A DNA stretch of 63,868 bases, the filler included, from Octopus bimaculoides (lineage: Eukaryota): the NCBI RefSeq assembly GCF_001194135.2. It is 6 parts of 6 records of this genome, joined end to end, with 100 filler letters (N's around TTAATTAATTAA, not from the genome) between each part and the next. Parts side by side here need not be neighbours in the genome. Positions count along the whole stretch, not along the records: positions 1 to 21,148 come from NC_068983.1; 5 more parts are not named here. One strand, written 5' to 3'. The position numbers were made by a program, and so were the translations under genes. The notes beneath the pieces are model-generated. The model searched no databases, was not told where the DNA came from, and worked only from the letters and a program-made list of their open reading frames with translations. Of the stretch, positions 1 to 12,030 are shown in pieces; the first letter of the stretch is position 1, and every line of letters starts with the position of its first letter.

Positions 1-419
1 AAGGACGTGTGTTTTAAAGCTGTCTCTACATCTTTCGGTCTTATACTCGACAGCTCGTTATTCTCACCTCTAAAGATGTATAACTAAAGATATGTATGTT
101 TTACCAAGTAAATAAATGTTGTTTAAGTTGTTTAGTCTGGAGTTCAGCGTTCCGTCTATTTCTTTAATTTTATAGTAGAAAGTCAGGTATACAATCTAAA
201 GATGTATAACCCACTTTCTACTAAACATACATACAAAAATACCCTGTTGTTGATGTTGGAATTCCAATGAAGGAGCCTTGGATCTAGGTTAGAAACCGGC
301 TCTTTCTCTATTGGCAGGAAATCTTGAAATAAAACTGAATAATCACATACATACATACATGCATACATACATACATACATACATACATACATACATAGCT
401 GCAATTCGATTTCGATTAT

Positions 420-1310
420 GCTTTCGCTTGATTGTCCTCTTCAACATGAACAACACAGATGTGGCTTTTGTATCCTGCTAGAGACTTATACTCTTTCGTA
501 CAGGTATGGCAATGATGGGCACCTCTTGCAGTAGGTGTTACAATATTGTTTTGGTGAACCTTTATATGGTCTTGCACTCCGCTTCCTGGCGCGTATTCTT
601 TTCCGAACTCATTTCAAGGAGAAATCTCATATGATGCACAGTTAACAAATACTCTGCGTGTATGTGCGATTTCTCTGAGTAATTTTTGGACCTGCTTTAC
701 CCAGACAGACACAATCACACTCGTTACATGTTAAACTGGGCCGCACACCCACATACTCAAGTAAGTTCACATCAAGACCCTTTTGAACAGCTTTAATGGG
801 TTGATTATGTGTGATGCGACTTCGTTCGAATTCCCTCATCAATAATATCCGAATTCCTGAATGTCGACGACTGTGTTCTTGTTGCTTACTTCCAGAATGA
901 CATTCATCACTTCGTGGACTTCTCGACGGCATACAGTGCACTGGGTCTAACAATTAACCTGATAATTTACCAATCAGCACCAATCTTCTTCGAGTCAAAC
1001 ATTTATGTATATGAACAGAAATTGCAGGCTGTGGACAAACCCTTATATTTATGCAGTATTGTGAACACGACAAATACTCTTGATAATGAAATTGCTCACT
1101 GTATCAAAGAAAGTCAGTGATTTATTCAGAAAATTGAATAGACGTTTATGGTCTCAGCATGGAATTTCAATTGAGTCAAAGTTGAAGGTCTACAATATTT
1201 GTCTTCTTTGTTATGTGCATGTGAGGCCTAGGTTAGTTACCGGAGATATATGAATAGACAGGAATTTCTCTGCCGTATATAGGTATCCGATAGCAAATAT
1301 ATGTACGAGT
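420..1310 (+). mobile_element. Decayed RTE-clade LINE, reverse transcriptase region
   Basis: Frameshifted motifs VDDCVLVA (RT YADD-equivalent), FSTAYSALGLTINL, QKLQAVDKPLYLCSIVNTTNTLDNEIAHCIK and RRLWSQHGISIESKLKVY match the RTE ORF C-terminal half. Confidence 0.8.
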
Positions 1311-1649
1311 AAGTGATATTGAAGTGCTCAAACTCAGTTACTCTACTAGTATAGATTTTCTATTATTTTCGCATCGATAACGATAGATTGGTCATGTGGT
1401 CTAGCTGAAAGGTGATCGGATCTCTAAGCAATTTCTGTATGGTGAGTTAATCCAGGGTAAAACACCAGCGCACAAACCGAAAGAAAGGTATAAGGACTGC
1501 GTCAAGAATATAATGGAGAAGGCCAAACTTTTGGGAAATAGATGAGGAAACCTCACTCTAGAATGTTCGGGGTAAAGGAAATTTATATACATCCATCTAG
1601 CCATACACATACATACATACATACATACATACATACATACATACATACA

Positions 1650-1907
1650 TACATGATGATGGCCATCCACTCGTGACCGAGGAAGACCATTGCCGACCTT
1701 CAGGAACATTGTGTGCTCTAGGACTAACTTATATTTTGCATTTGCGGCTCCGTTGGTGGCTAATGAGCCCTGCTCTTGACAAGCAGACACGACTGCAAAC
1801 ATTGCAGACCAAGCTTTCCCCATTCACTATATGAGCCGTGCGCTTTCGTGCAGCTCGCTTAAGTTCTTCATGCTGGATACGTGCTCTCTCAAAAGTGTCG
1901 ATCCCCT
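1650..1907 (-). mobile_element. RTE LINE 3' end with C2H2-like zinc finger and microsatellite tail
   Basis: Minus frame reads RGIDTFERARIQHEELKRAARKR...LVCNVCSRVCLSRAGLISHQRSRKCKI*, then a 3' UTR running into (CAT)/(TATG)n. Confidence 0.8.
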
Positions 1908-2760
1908 NNNNNNNNNNNNNNNNNNNNNNNNNNNNNNNNNNNNNNNNNNNNNNNNNNNNNNNNNNNNNNNNNNNNNNNNNNNNNNNNNNNNNNNNNNNNT
2001 CTCCCAGTCAGTGTCCTGCATATCACAGGTCTTTAATACATACATACATACATACATACATACATACATACATACATACATACTCATACACACATACACA
2101 CACATACATACATACATACTCATACACACATACGCATACATACATACATACATACATACATACATACATACATACGAACGTACATATATACCTACGTACA
2201 TACAAATAGACATATACATACATAGACGCATACATACAGACTCAATACATACAAGCACATACATATTTATATATACATACGCATATGCATACATTGACAT
2301 ACATGCCTATACACGTATGTAAATATGTACATATGCACACACACACACACATACACGCGCGCATTAAAATTTATAACTCAAATACTATTAAGGGGCAGAA
2401 GCATTATAAAAAAACTGAGGTTGTAATTGTAAGAGTTACTTCCCTTCGGGAAATTATCTCCCTTACATCGGTAGCGTAAAATAAATCCACATTTTTTTTC
2501 ACACTCGAACTGTACTCCATCCTTTCACTTTTTTAATCGTACTCCCTGACACTGGCATAGATATCCAAGTTGAGCCCCTTGTGATATACTTAGAAATATT
2601 ACAGTATTAACAAATGTCACAGAAATTTACTGAACGTGGAATGCTGTCTTCATTGGTGTGTGTGTACGTGTGTGTATGTGTATCCATGTGTGTGCGCGTG
2701 CTTGAGCGGGTGCGTGCTCATGTGTTTGTGAGTGTTAATGCTTGTTTTTTTATGTTATAA

Positions 2761-3967
2761 TATTAGTTTGTATCATATGAAATGTTGTATTTGAAAGGTA
2801 ACAATAAAATGTTTCAGAAGTGTTAGAGAACTGATTTATTTAATCAAAGTATGATCAATGTTCATTTATGACATTTATCCAACGTTTCTCTATGTCATAT
2901 GTTCCATCTTAAAAAAAAAAAATTCATCTTTGCTGTGATAAACTGTCCGAATGCTTCAATTACCTCTTCTCTATTTAGAATGTTTTATTGCTTATGAAAA
3001 GTTCAAAATGCTTAAATAAGTGATGATCAGTAGGAGAGATATCAGAGGAATATGGAGGATGTTGCAAAATCTCATAATTCAGGCTTTGCAACTTTTGGAC
3101 CATGGCTTGAGGAGCGTGAGGACGTGCATTGTAGTAGAGCAAAATTGGGCCATCTCTATTCACTAGCGTGGGTTACTTCTTTTTCAAATTCTCATGCGTA
3201 CAATCAATTTCCTGGCAATACAATGTTGCTGTTCCCGCTTTTCCTTGTTGCCAAAATGAATAATAAATAACTCCCTTCGCAGACCGCCATACAGTGACCA
3301 CTAACTTTTTAGGGTGCAATGGTGGGTTTGGCTAGTGTTTAGGTGACTCTCCTGCATCTAATCACTGTCCTGTTTTGTTGTTAAAAAGTATCCATTTCTC
3401 ATCGCAAGTAATGATTTGATGCAAAAATAGTCTTTTTCCAGTCGAGAAAGCAATAAGGAGCATACTTCAAGGCGTCTGATTTTTTTGACTATCCGTTTTC
3501 TTGACTCACCCAATTTTTTTACAGGTGTCCAAAAACAGTTGTGCGAGGTGTTTGGAGTTCTGATGAAAGTTTTCGAACCTTTGTTCTCGGATTTTGTTCA
3601 ACCAAAGCATTTAATCCATCATGCCAAATAACTGATTTTGGCCTACCCCTTGGTTTATTTTCAAGGCTATCATCTCCTGAACGAGAGCTTTGGAACCATC
3701 TTTGAACAGTTCTGATGTCGACAAAACCATTACCAAAGGCCCGCCTGATATTCCGTGACCCAGTTTGTACTAATACGAAAAAATCACTCAACATAGTTTG
3801 GTTGTTATCATTTTCACAAGGTCTGTGGGTACGAATTTAGTATACCAATATTGCTGGGAAAGAAAAAGAGTCAAGATTAAATGCAAGGTATACATAATTG
3901 AATTTTTTTAAATGACTGAAATAACAAGTAATTAAAAATGCGACATTTCATGTGAAACAACCCAGTA
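2761..3967 (-). mobile_element. Near full-length decayed mariner transposon
   Basis: N-terminal HTH (RTVQRWFQSSRSGDDSLENKPRGRP) and catalytic region (ILLYYNARPH, HPPYSSDISPTDHHLF, i.e. the HDNARPH and YSPDL motifs). Imperfect 32-bp TIRs (about 25/32 identical) with TA at both ends. Confidence 0.9.
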
Positions 3968-4559
3968 AAAGCTGTCTTACATTAAATTGAAAGATTACCC
4001 AATAGCATGTATATGTGTGTATGTAAAAATTAAAATAAGGGTGCTGAATGATTTCAACACTAGTCTGCTAGAAATAGACCCCAAATGATCCACGAACCAC
4101 TTAGATTATTACTCCAGTACACAAGGTTGTAAGCAATGAAAATAGACAGGGATGATTTATAAAATAATTATTAGATCAGAAACTACTGTTGCAAATATAC
4201 AACTGTAATTTTTAAAAATATCTTTCATGCATATATATACATGCATATGTATATACAAACATGCATTTATCCATCCATTCATCCATTCATCCATCTATCC
4301 ATACACACATATAAATACATGCATGTATGCATGCATGCATGCATCCATCCATCCATCCATACATGCATACATACATACAAGCATACATGCATGTATGCTT
4401 GTATGTATTGCTGGCCTTGTGCCAAAATTTGAAAGTAATACATACAACAACTTTCTTTTCAAGTCTTCTTTCGAACCCTTTTCATATTGCAGCTCTCGGC
4501 GGTTTTATTTGCATCAGGCATCAAGTTGGCATTTGGACTGGATTTGTAAAAATAATTTA

Positions 4560-4622
4560 GGATTCGTGCGGAATTCGAACTTGGGGCCTCTCTGGGCACC
4601 CGAAGCGAGAATCATACGCTAG
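4560..4622 (-). pseudogene. 5'-truncated tRNA-Pro(CGG) pseudogene
   Basis: Minus strand CTAGCGTATGATTCTCGCTTCGGGTGCCCAGAGAGGCCCCAAGTTCGAATTCCGCACGAATCC matches the canonical metazoan tRNA-Pro body. The 5' acceptor strand is missing, the stems are disrupted, and a T-run follows. Confidence 0.75.
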
Positions 4623-4860
4623 GTTGTTTCTGATAAGACTATGGAAGAGATGCCTGAGGACTGTATCCCAGGAGTTGTGGGCGGAAAAGATGGCTAGATG
4701 GACGGTCGGATGGATGTTTTGTCTAGTACTTCTCGACTCGCGGGACCACTTTACTACATTCCTTTATCAGATGTGATATATTTTCACCTTTCTCTCCATT
4801 TATTATTCTATGTAATTATTATAAGCAAATTTAAAGTATTTGGTACTCGGTTTATCAAGT

Positions 4861-5265
4861 CTCACACTGTATGGCTCAGTACTGCATGACTCAGCACAGC
4901 AAGGCTCGGCACTATATGGTTCACCACTGCTTTGTTCAACAATGCATGGATCAGTACTAAGCGGATCAGCACTGCACTTATCAGCAGTGCATAACTCAAC
5001 ACTGCATTGCTCAACACTGCAAGGATCAGCACAGCAAGGCTCAACACTGCATAGATCAGCACTGCATGGCTCAATACTACATTGGTCAGCATTACATGGT
5101 TCAACACAGCAAAGTTCAGCACTGCATGGCTCAACACTGCATTGCTCAGCACTGCATGGATCAGCATTGCGTGGATCACTACTGCAAGGATCAGCATTAT
5201 TTGGCTCATCAAAGCAAGGCTCAACACTGCATGTATCAGCACTTCTTGGATCAGCACTTCCGTTT
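4861..5265. repeat. Degenerate 15-bp tandem repeat (about 27 units), pentapeptide-coding-like
   Basis: Consensus GG(A/C)TCA(G/A)CACTGCA(T/A). Open in a plus frame (GSALH/GSTLQ) and in two minus frames (CSADP/CSVEP and AVLSH). Confidence 0.9.
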
Positions 5266-5589
5266 CAGAATCCCTACTTGATTTTCACACATAACTCTGA
5301 CTTCATAATATTATTGATTTTATTTAGAACTTTATTATTTAATCTCATTCGCAATCGGTGAACAATAGCATTGTTGGTTACAGTTTTCCAAAGGAACATA
5401 AGAAATATCATAAAGGAATTCCTCCAAAAAATACTAATATTTTGGTTTCTCGACGATGTTTACATCCTTCGCTGATAAACATTGAAAAAATTTATGCATC
5501 TTTTTCTTCCGCAAGAAAGGTACCTTCATCTCCATAGTAACCAATACCATGATAGCAACACTGCGTGTGCAGACACAGTTCTTCTTGCG

Positions 5590-5835
5590 TTCCAGCTTTA
5601 TCATGTATTGCATGAGGTGACCGTTTCTGTGATTAGATCTGCCAATGATCGCATTATCATGCGTGTATCGGATAACACTATCCTCTTGGTATGGATCTTT
5701 GTCAAATATTTTAACTCTATTTTTAGCAGAGGTATGGGTCTGAAGTTACCTACAGCGTCCGCCTTTCGCAGATCCTTCCTCGGTAGCATCACCACTCCCC
5801 TTGGCTCTCAAGATTGGTTCCTTTTATTTGCTACA
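5590..5835 (-). mobile_element. Tx1/L1-like LINE RT fragment
   Basis: LPRKDLRKADAVGNFRPIPLLKIELKYLTKI matches the non-LTR RT N-terminal NYRPISLL motif. Confidence 0.75.
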
Positions 5836-5841
5836 AATGTG

Positions 5842-6222
5842 TTGTTGGCACTCCGTCGCTTACGACGTCGATGGTTCCAGTTGATCCGATCAACGGAACA
5901 GCCTGCTCATGAAATTAACGTGCAAGTGGCTGAGCACGCCACAGACACGTGTACCCTTAACATAGTTCTCGGGGATATTCAGCGTGACACAGTGTGACAA
6001 GGCTGACCCTTTGAATTACAGGCACAACAGAAACAGGAAGTAAGAGTGAGAGAATGTTGTGGTGGAAGAGTACAGCAGAGTTCGCCACCATCCCCTGCCG
6101 GAGCCTCGTGGAGCTTTAGGTGATTTTGCTCAATAAACACTCACAACGCCCGGTCTGGGAATTGAAACCGCCATCCTATGACCGCGAGTCCGCTGCCCTA
6201 ACCACTGGGCCATTGCGCCTCC
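5842..6222 (-). mobile_element. tRNA-derived SINE (family B)
   Basis: tRNA-like head GGAGGCGCAATGGCCCAGTGGTTAGGGCAGCGGACTCGCGGTC with A/B boxes. A near-identical copy lies at 55475-55857. Confidence 0.9.
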
Positions 6223-6275
6223 ACTGCTACAAATATACAGAATGGGCAAATTACAAAAATAGAAACAGTGTGGAT

Positions 6276-6785
6276 GGGGTACCCAAAAGAAACAGGAATT
6301 TTTGCAATATTATTTTATTAGTATAGTTTTACATGTTTACACTTTTTTCGCCTTCAAAGTATTCTTCATTTGAAGCAATACATCGGTTCAGGTGCGTTTT
6401 CCACTATTCGAAGCAGTCCTGGAACTCTTGTGAAGTGATGCCTTTTAACGCCTCCGTAGTTTTTTTTTTTTTTTCTTCATCTCTTCCATATTTGCAAATT
6501 CTGTAGCACCAAATTTTGTCACCAGTGATTACCTTTGAAAAAAGGTCTGGATCAACTTCAAACTGTTCTTTCAGTTCACGACAGGCATTCAGTCGTAGCT
6601 GCCTTTGATCTTCCGTGAGCAAGCGAGGCATAAAATTTTGATGCAAGGCTTTTCATTCGCAATTCCTCACTCAAAATTCGTTGGCAGGAGCTCCAGGACA
6701 CACCAGCCATATCAAGTTCGTCGATTTTCAAAGGTTAGTGACGAGGCGATTCTCACGATGGACTCGGCCAATAGGGGGATTCGTC
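6276..6785 (-). mobile_element. Internally deleted mariner element
   Basis: FMPRLLTEDQRQLRLNACRELKEQFEVDPDLFSKVITGDKIWCY (WVPR and TGDE motifs). TIR-like GGGGTACCCAAAAGAAACAGGAATT at the left end. Confidence 0.8.
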
Positions 6786-7770
6786 TGGTTTCAAATTTTG
6801 GCATAAGACAAACAATTCCAGGGTAGAGGATTACGTCGATTGCAACGACCCCACTGCTTTACTGGTATTTATTTTATCGACCNNNNNNNNNNNNNNNNNN
6901 NNNNNNNNNNNNNNNNNNNNNNNNNNNNNNNNNNNNNNNNNNNNNNNNNNNNNNNNNNNNNNNNNNNNNNNNNNNNNNNNNNNNNNNNNNNNNNNNNNNN
7001 NNNNNNNNNNNNNNNNNNNNNNNNNNNNNNNNNNNNNNNNNNNNNNNNNNNNNNNNNNNNNNNNNNNNNNNNNNNNNNNNNNNNNNNNNNNNNNNNNNNN
7101 NNNNNNNNNNNNNNNNNNNNNNNNNNNNNNNNNNNNNNNNNNNNNNNNNNNNNNNNNNNNNNNNNNNNNNNNNNNNNNNNNNNNNNNNNNNNNNNNNNNN
7201 NNNNNNNNNNNNNNNNNNNNNNNNNNNNNNNNNNNNNNNNNNNNNNNNNNNNNNNNNNNNNNNNNNNNNNNNNNNNNNNNNNNNNNNNNNNNNNNNNNNN
7301 NNNNNNNNNNNNNNNNNNNNNNNNNNNNNNNNNNNNNNNNNNNNNNNNNNNNNNNNNNNNNNNNNNNNNNNNNNNNNNNNNNNNNNNNNNNNNNNNNNNN
7401 NNNNNNNNNNNNNNNNNNNNNNNNNNNNNNNNNNNNNNNNNNNNNNNNNNNNNNNNNNNNNNNNNNNNNNNNNNNNNNAACATAAAGACGGATGAAATGC
7501 AGATAAGCATTTTGTTCGGCGTGCTAACGATTCTGACAGATCGCCGCCCTCTACCTGCTAATAATAATTAATTGATTCCATCATAAGGGCAAGGTCTGAT
7601 ATTTATGGAGAAGGGAGCAGTTTATTGAATTAACTCCAGTACTTTAATTTATTGAACCCAGAGGGATGAAAGGCAAAGTTGACCTCGTCGGGATTTGAAC
7701 TCAGAACATAAAGAGCCGGAACGAATGCCGCAAAGCATTTCATCGCCTCTCTAATGATTCTGCCAATCCA
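6783..7770 (-). mobile_element. SINE family C pieces on both sides of a gap
   Basis: Reverse-complement matches to the GCCTTTCATCCTTTCGGGGTCGAT domain and tRNA-like head seen at 18150-18372. Confidence 0.7.
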
Positions 7771-8409
7771 ATAAAAACAATAATAATAATGATGATGATG
7801 ATGATGATGATGATGGTGGTGTTGATGGTGATGATGGTGATGATGGTGATGATGATGATGATGATGATCTAATACGTAAAAATACCACGACGACCCGGAT
7901 GCTATTTAGCGATATGTCGAACGCCTGCTTGCTTCCTTTTTTCTAATTTTTTTTTTAATCTTCAGGGGCCATTGCTGTGGTATAATTATTAACTCTGCAG
8001 ACACGCAAATTACTAATAACCATCTATCTCTGACAGCCGTTCAAATTATATATTTGTTTAATAAACAAGACATGAAGCGGGGCTTCTCAACCGTACCTTT
8101 TCGGCAACTCACTCAGATTTATTTATTTACTCAACTGCAAAACAAACAATTTAATGGCACTTTTTACCGGTGTGATTTTACTGATTTTCTTTCGGTTGAA
8201 CGATAGGACTTACGGACAGACGGATCTGTGTTCCATTTTTTTTTTGTTTTTTTTAATTTTTAATAGATGTTTTTGCTGTTGGTGTTATGATTGTAAACAA
8301 TTTTTTGGAGGAGGAGTGTAGTTGGATAAATTTTATAACGTGGTGGACAACCACACGAAGAGATATTGGCTTGAATCCTTTCATTAGTATCACCTTAGTA
8401 TTTTGTAGC

Positions 8410-8742
8410 TAAAAGGCCGACAAATATGGAGACCTGAAAATTGAGATAAACAAAATGTGGCAGCTGTGAGAGTCAAACATAAAAGTTGTCCCTGTTGTCA
8501 TCGGAGCATTGGGTTCAATACCACCCAACTTGAAGAAACAGCTGGACACTTTAGAAATATCATACAATCTTGGTGTATTGCAAAAATCAGCTTTACTTGG
8601 AACTGCATGCATACTGCGCAAAGTACTGTTTGTTTGAGGTCCTTGTTGTGACTTGACAGACAGCACAAATCCCCGGCACACACAATGTCTTCAATTTACA
8701 ACATTGTGATATTGGGTACTGAGCGACGTCTTCAAATAATAA
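8410..8742 (+). mobile_element. R4/Dong-type (restriction-like endonuclease) non-LTR 3' fragment
   Basis: KADKYGDLKIEINKMWQL*ESNIKVVPVVIGALGSIPPNLKKQLDTL...LQKSALLGTACILRKVL, ending near AATAATAAT. Confidence 0.85.
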
Positions 8743-9187
8743 TCTAATAGGTGATAATACTAGGACAACCTAGATGTTATTTAGTGACCCGTTGAAGGAT
8801 TGAACTTATGAACAGACGGATGCGTACTCGTTTTTCATTTTATTGTTGCTGTTATGATTGAAAAAAACAACTGTTTGGTAGAGGAGTGTAGTTGGATAAA
8901 TTTTATAATGTGCCGAAAACTACACTAAAAGTTGCTGGTTTGAATCTTTTACTTGTGACAACCTAGTGTTTTCTATCTAAAACACTTAACTTTTAAATTG
9001 ACCCGTTTTCTTAGCTGTAGACAGAGAGACATGGTAGGAACAATTGATTGTTTTAAGTAGTGGCAAACCTGTAAATTTACGGTATTGTTTCGTTAACTTG
9101 TAATGATGTTGTATATCTTAGAGCAAAAGAATTGGTTCCGACGAGTTAACTTGACCTTCAATGGCTTTTTTCTCCTTGCTACATGTG

Positions 9188-9601
9188 CAGCGCCGGATTA
9201 ACCATCAAGCAAAATAAGCACGTGCTTAGGGCATCAAGGGACGGGGTGGTACCACAGAAATGGTAAATGGTTTACGGCACAAAAGTAATCACTTTAAACT
9301 TGCAAAAATAATATTCGGGATACTTTATCTCTACTAAATATTGAAGCAGATGTGTTACGTAAGTTTAAGTTTGAGGATTTAATCAAAGGCTTTGCAATTA
9401 AAAAAGTAGGAGAAAACTTTTCAAACATAAATAAAATGGAAGTATACAAAAATAAACATTATTTTCCCTCTTACTGTTTAGTTTCACTTGAAAAATGAAA
9501 ATTTATTTTATGGCTCATTATTGTTTATATTTTGAATTATATATGGGGGCACCAAAATCTATTAAGTGCTTAAGGCCTCTATGGCTCTTAATCCGGCGCT
9601 A
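9188..9601 (+). mobile_element. Non-autonomous hAT element (MITE) with perfect 8-bp TSD
   Basis: TIRs CAGCGCCGGATTAA and TTAATCCGGCGCTA. TACATGTG is duplicated at 9180-9187 and 9602-9609. Confidence 0.92.
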
Positions 9602-9864
9602 TACATGTGGGTGAGGGGAATAATCCAATTTATGAAATAGAGGTAAATGTAAGCCAGCAGCGCGATAACCTTGTGGTTTCTGAAATTTTGTCTTTGTAGG
9701 CGTAATGAGATGGAGATAAAGAGAAGTGTAGTGTGTGGATATATAAGTGTAGCTAGTGTAGATTCAAAATAATTCATATGTGGAAGACAGAGTAGTATAT
9801 AAACGTAAATACAAAGAGATTTGCATAGTGGAAATACGGATAACTGTAGTAGAATCTGTGTAGA

Positions 9865-10402
9865 CTGGGCCGGATTAAGATCCATAGAGGCCCTAAGCAC
9901 TTATACATAATTCAAAATATAAACAACAGTAATATCTATCAAATGAATTTGTATTTTCATAATGAAACAACTAAAATAAGATGGAAAATAACATTTATTT
10001 TTGTATGCTTCCATTTTGCTTACGTTTGAAAAGTTTTCTCCTACTTTTTTTTTTTAATTGCCAAAAGTCTCTGATCAGATTCTCAAAATTAATTTTACGT
10101 AATACAGTTGCTTCTATATTTAGTAGACATAAGGCATCCAGCCTGCTCTTTTGCATTGTTGTTCTGATGGGATTTTTAATAAACTTCAACAGAGAAAATG
10201 AATGGTCAGCTGAGCGGCCTGTGACCATTAATGTTAAAAATATACAAAAGACAATGTCTGTATTTGGAAAAGCACACTCAGCTTTAGCAAGTTTGAGGTG
10301 ATTTCTTTTGTGCCGTAAACCATTTACCATTTCTGTGGTGCTTCACTTTCCCTTGATGTCCTAAGTACATGCTTATTTTGCTTAATGGTTAATCCAGTGC
10401 TG
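9865..10402 (-). mobile_element. hAT deletion derivative carrying the transposase dimerization domain; same family as 9188-9601, inverted
   Basis: FPNTDIVFCIFLTLMVTGRSADHSFSLLKFIKNPIRTTMQKSRLDALCLLNIE is the hAT C-terminal dimerization motif. TIRs CTGGGCCGGATTAA and TTAATCCAGTGCTG; degenerate TSD TGTGTAGA/GGTATAGA. Confidence 0.9.
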
Positions 10403-10839
10403 GGTATAGATATAAGAGTGTAGATACAGAGTAGTATATAAGTGTAAATACACAGAAATCTGTAGAGTGGTGAATAAGTGTAAAAACAGATAAGTGTAAT
10501 AGGGTGGTTGTATAGGTGTACAAATACAAAATAAGTGTAGATACAGACAAGAGGAGTTGTGTATAAATAATATAATGAAATTATTGTGTATAGTGCTGCT
10601 CAGGTGCACTAAAACTCATCTAAGGTGCACTTACAGTACACAGTATTATGTAGAAAAGTCAGGAAAATGACCAGTATATGAGTCATGATATACATGAGTG
10701 CATGCGAATGGAGGGGAGGTGGGATATCAGATGTAGGGTTGGCGAATTTCAGGAAGCATGGAGGTTTTAAAGGATGCTATGTCTCGGCAACTAGCAACTG
10801 ATACATGTAGAAACATGTACCATATTTTAATAAGGTATA

Positions 10840-11149
10840 GGCGCAGGAGTGGCTGTGTGGTAAGTAGCTTGCTTACCACATGGTTCTGGGTTCAGTCCCA
10901 CTGCGTGACACCTTGGGCAAGTGTCTTCTACTATAGCCTCGGGCCGACCAAAGCCTTGTGAGTCGATTTGGTAGACGGAAACGGAAAGAAGCCCGTCGTA
11001 TATANNNNNNNNNNNNNNNNNNNNNNNNNNNNNNNNNNNNNNNNNNNNNNNNNNNNNNNNNNNNNNNNNNNNNNNNNNNNNNNNNNNNNNNNNNNNNNNN
11101 NNNNNNNNNNNNNNNNNNNNNNNNNNNNNNNNNNNNNNNNNNNNNNNNN

Positions 11150-11184
<35 letters not shown>

Positions 11185-11400
11185 ATACATTTGTGTGTCT
11201 GTGTTTGTCCCCCCAACATCGCTTGACAACCAATGCTGGTGTGTTTACGTCCCCGTAACTTAGCGGTTCGGCAAAAAAAAGACTGATAAAATAAGTACTA
11301 GGCTTCCAAAGAATAAGTCCTGGGGTCGATTTGCTCAACTAAAGGCGGTGCTCCAGCATGGCCGCACTCAAATGACTGAAACAAGTAAAAGAGTAAAAGA
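10840..11400 (+). mobile_element. tRNA-derived SINE family A with internal microsatellite
   Basis: Head GGCGCAGGAGTGGCTGTGTGGTAAGTAGCTTGC, core GCACCTTGGGCAAGTGTCTTCTACTATAGCC, tail CCAGCATGGCCGCAGTCAAATGACTGAAACAAGTAAAAGAG. Many copies in the window. Confidence 0.92.
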
Positions 11401-12030
11401 GTACATTGTCAAAAATTAGGTTAAAAAATATTGGGAGTTTCTTATACAAGGGTAGTATTATAATCCCTTACAAAACTATTTTCCAAATTTTAAGCCCCCT
11501 AAAATTGGGGAGTTTCTTGCACACGAGGGTTCCTTATACACGTTAACTGGTGACTGGTAACGTTAAATGGTGACTGTTCTTTTCTCGCTCCTTTACAATG
11601 TATCTGGCCACGGTGTTGATAGAACTACATATACATACATCGATCCATCGATCTATCGATCCATCGATCTATCGATCCATCCATCCATACATACATACAT
11701 ACATACATGCATACATACATACATACATGCATACATACATACATACATACCAGTTTCATACCCATTATTATTAGAACAAGATACATACCAACCCGTCTGG
11801 AGCAAAGTATGGCTGAACTTGGATCCTTAGGGAGAGAATGCAAATCCTTAATTCATAAGCTACAAATGATCACATTATCTTGGACTATAAAAATCTGCAA
11901 GACCGTCTTAAGATTTACAGGATGATGAACAAAACAAGATGCTTTCCGTTACAGCTTTGCTACCAAGTAGGTGGCCGGTCAAAATTTATTTTAAATTAAA
12001 AAGAGAAAGAGAATACATATACCATTAGCA

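Noticed and set aside
2390-2605. Possible Kolobok-like element (TTAAGGGGC...GCCCCTT)
   Set aside because: Only a 7-bp inverted match and the right TTAA is missing.
4861-5265. CRISPR-like array
   Set aside because: Contiguous 15-bp units with no spacers; no CRISPR structure anywhere in the window.
6120-6222. SINE heads as tRNA genes (also about 14078, 26160 and 55475)
   Set aside because: No closed acceptor stem; they continue into SINE bodies.
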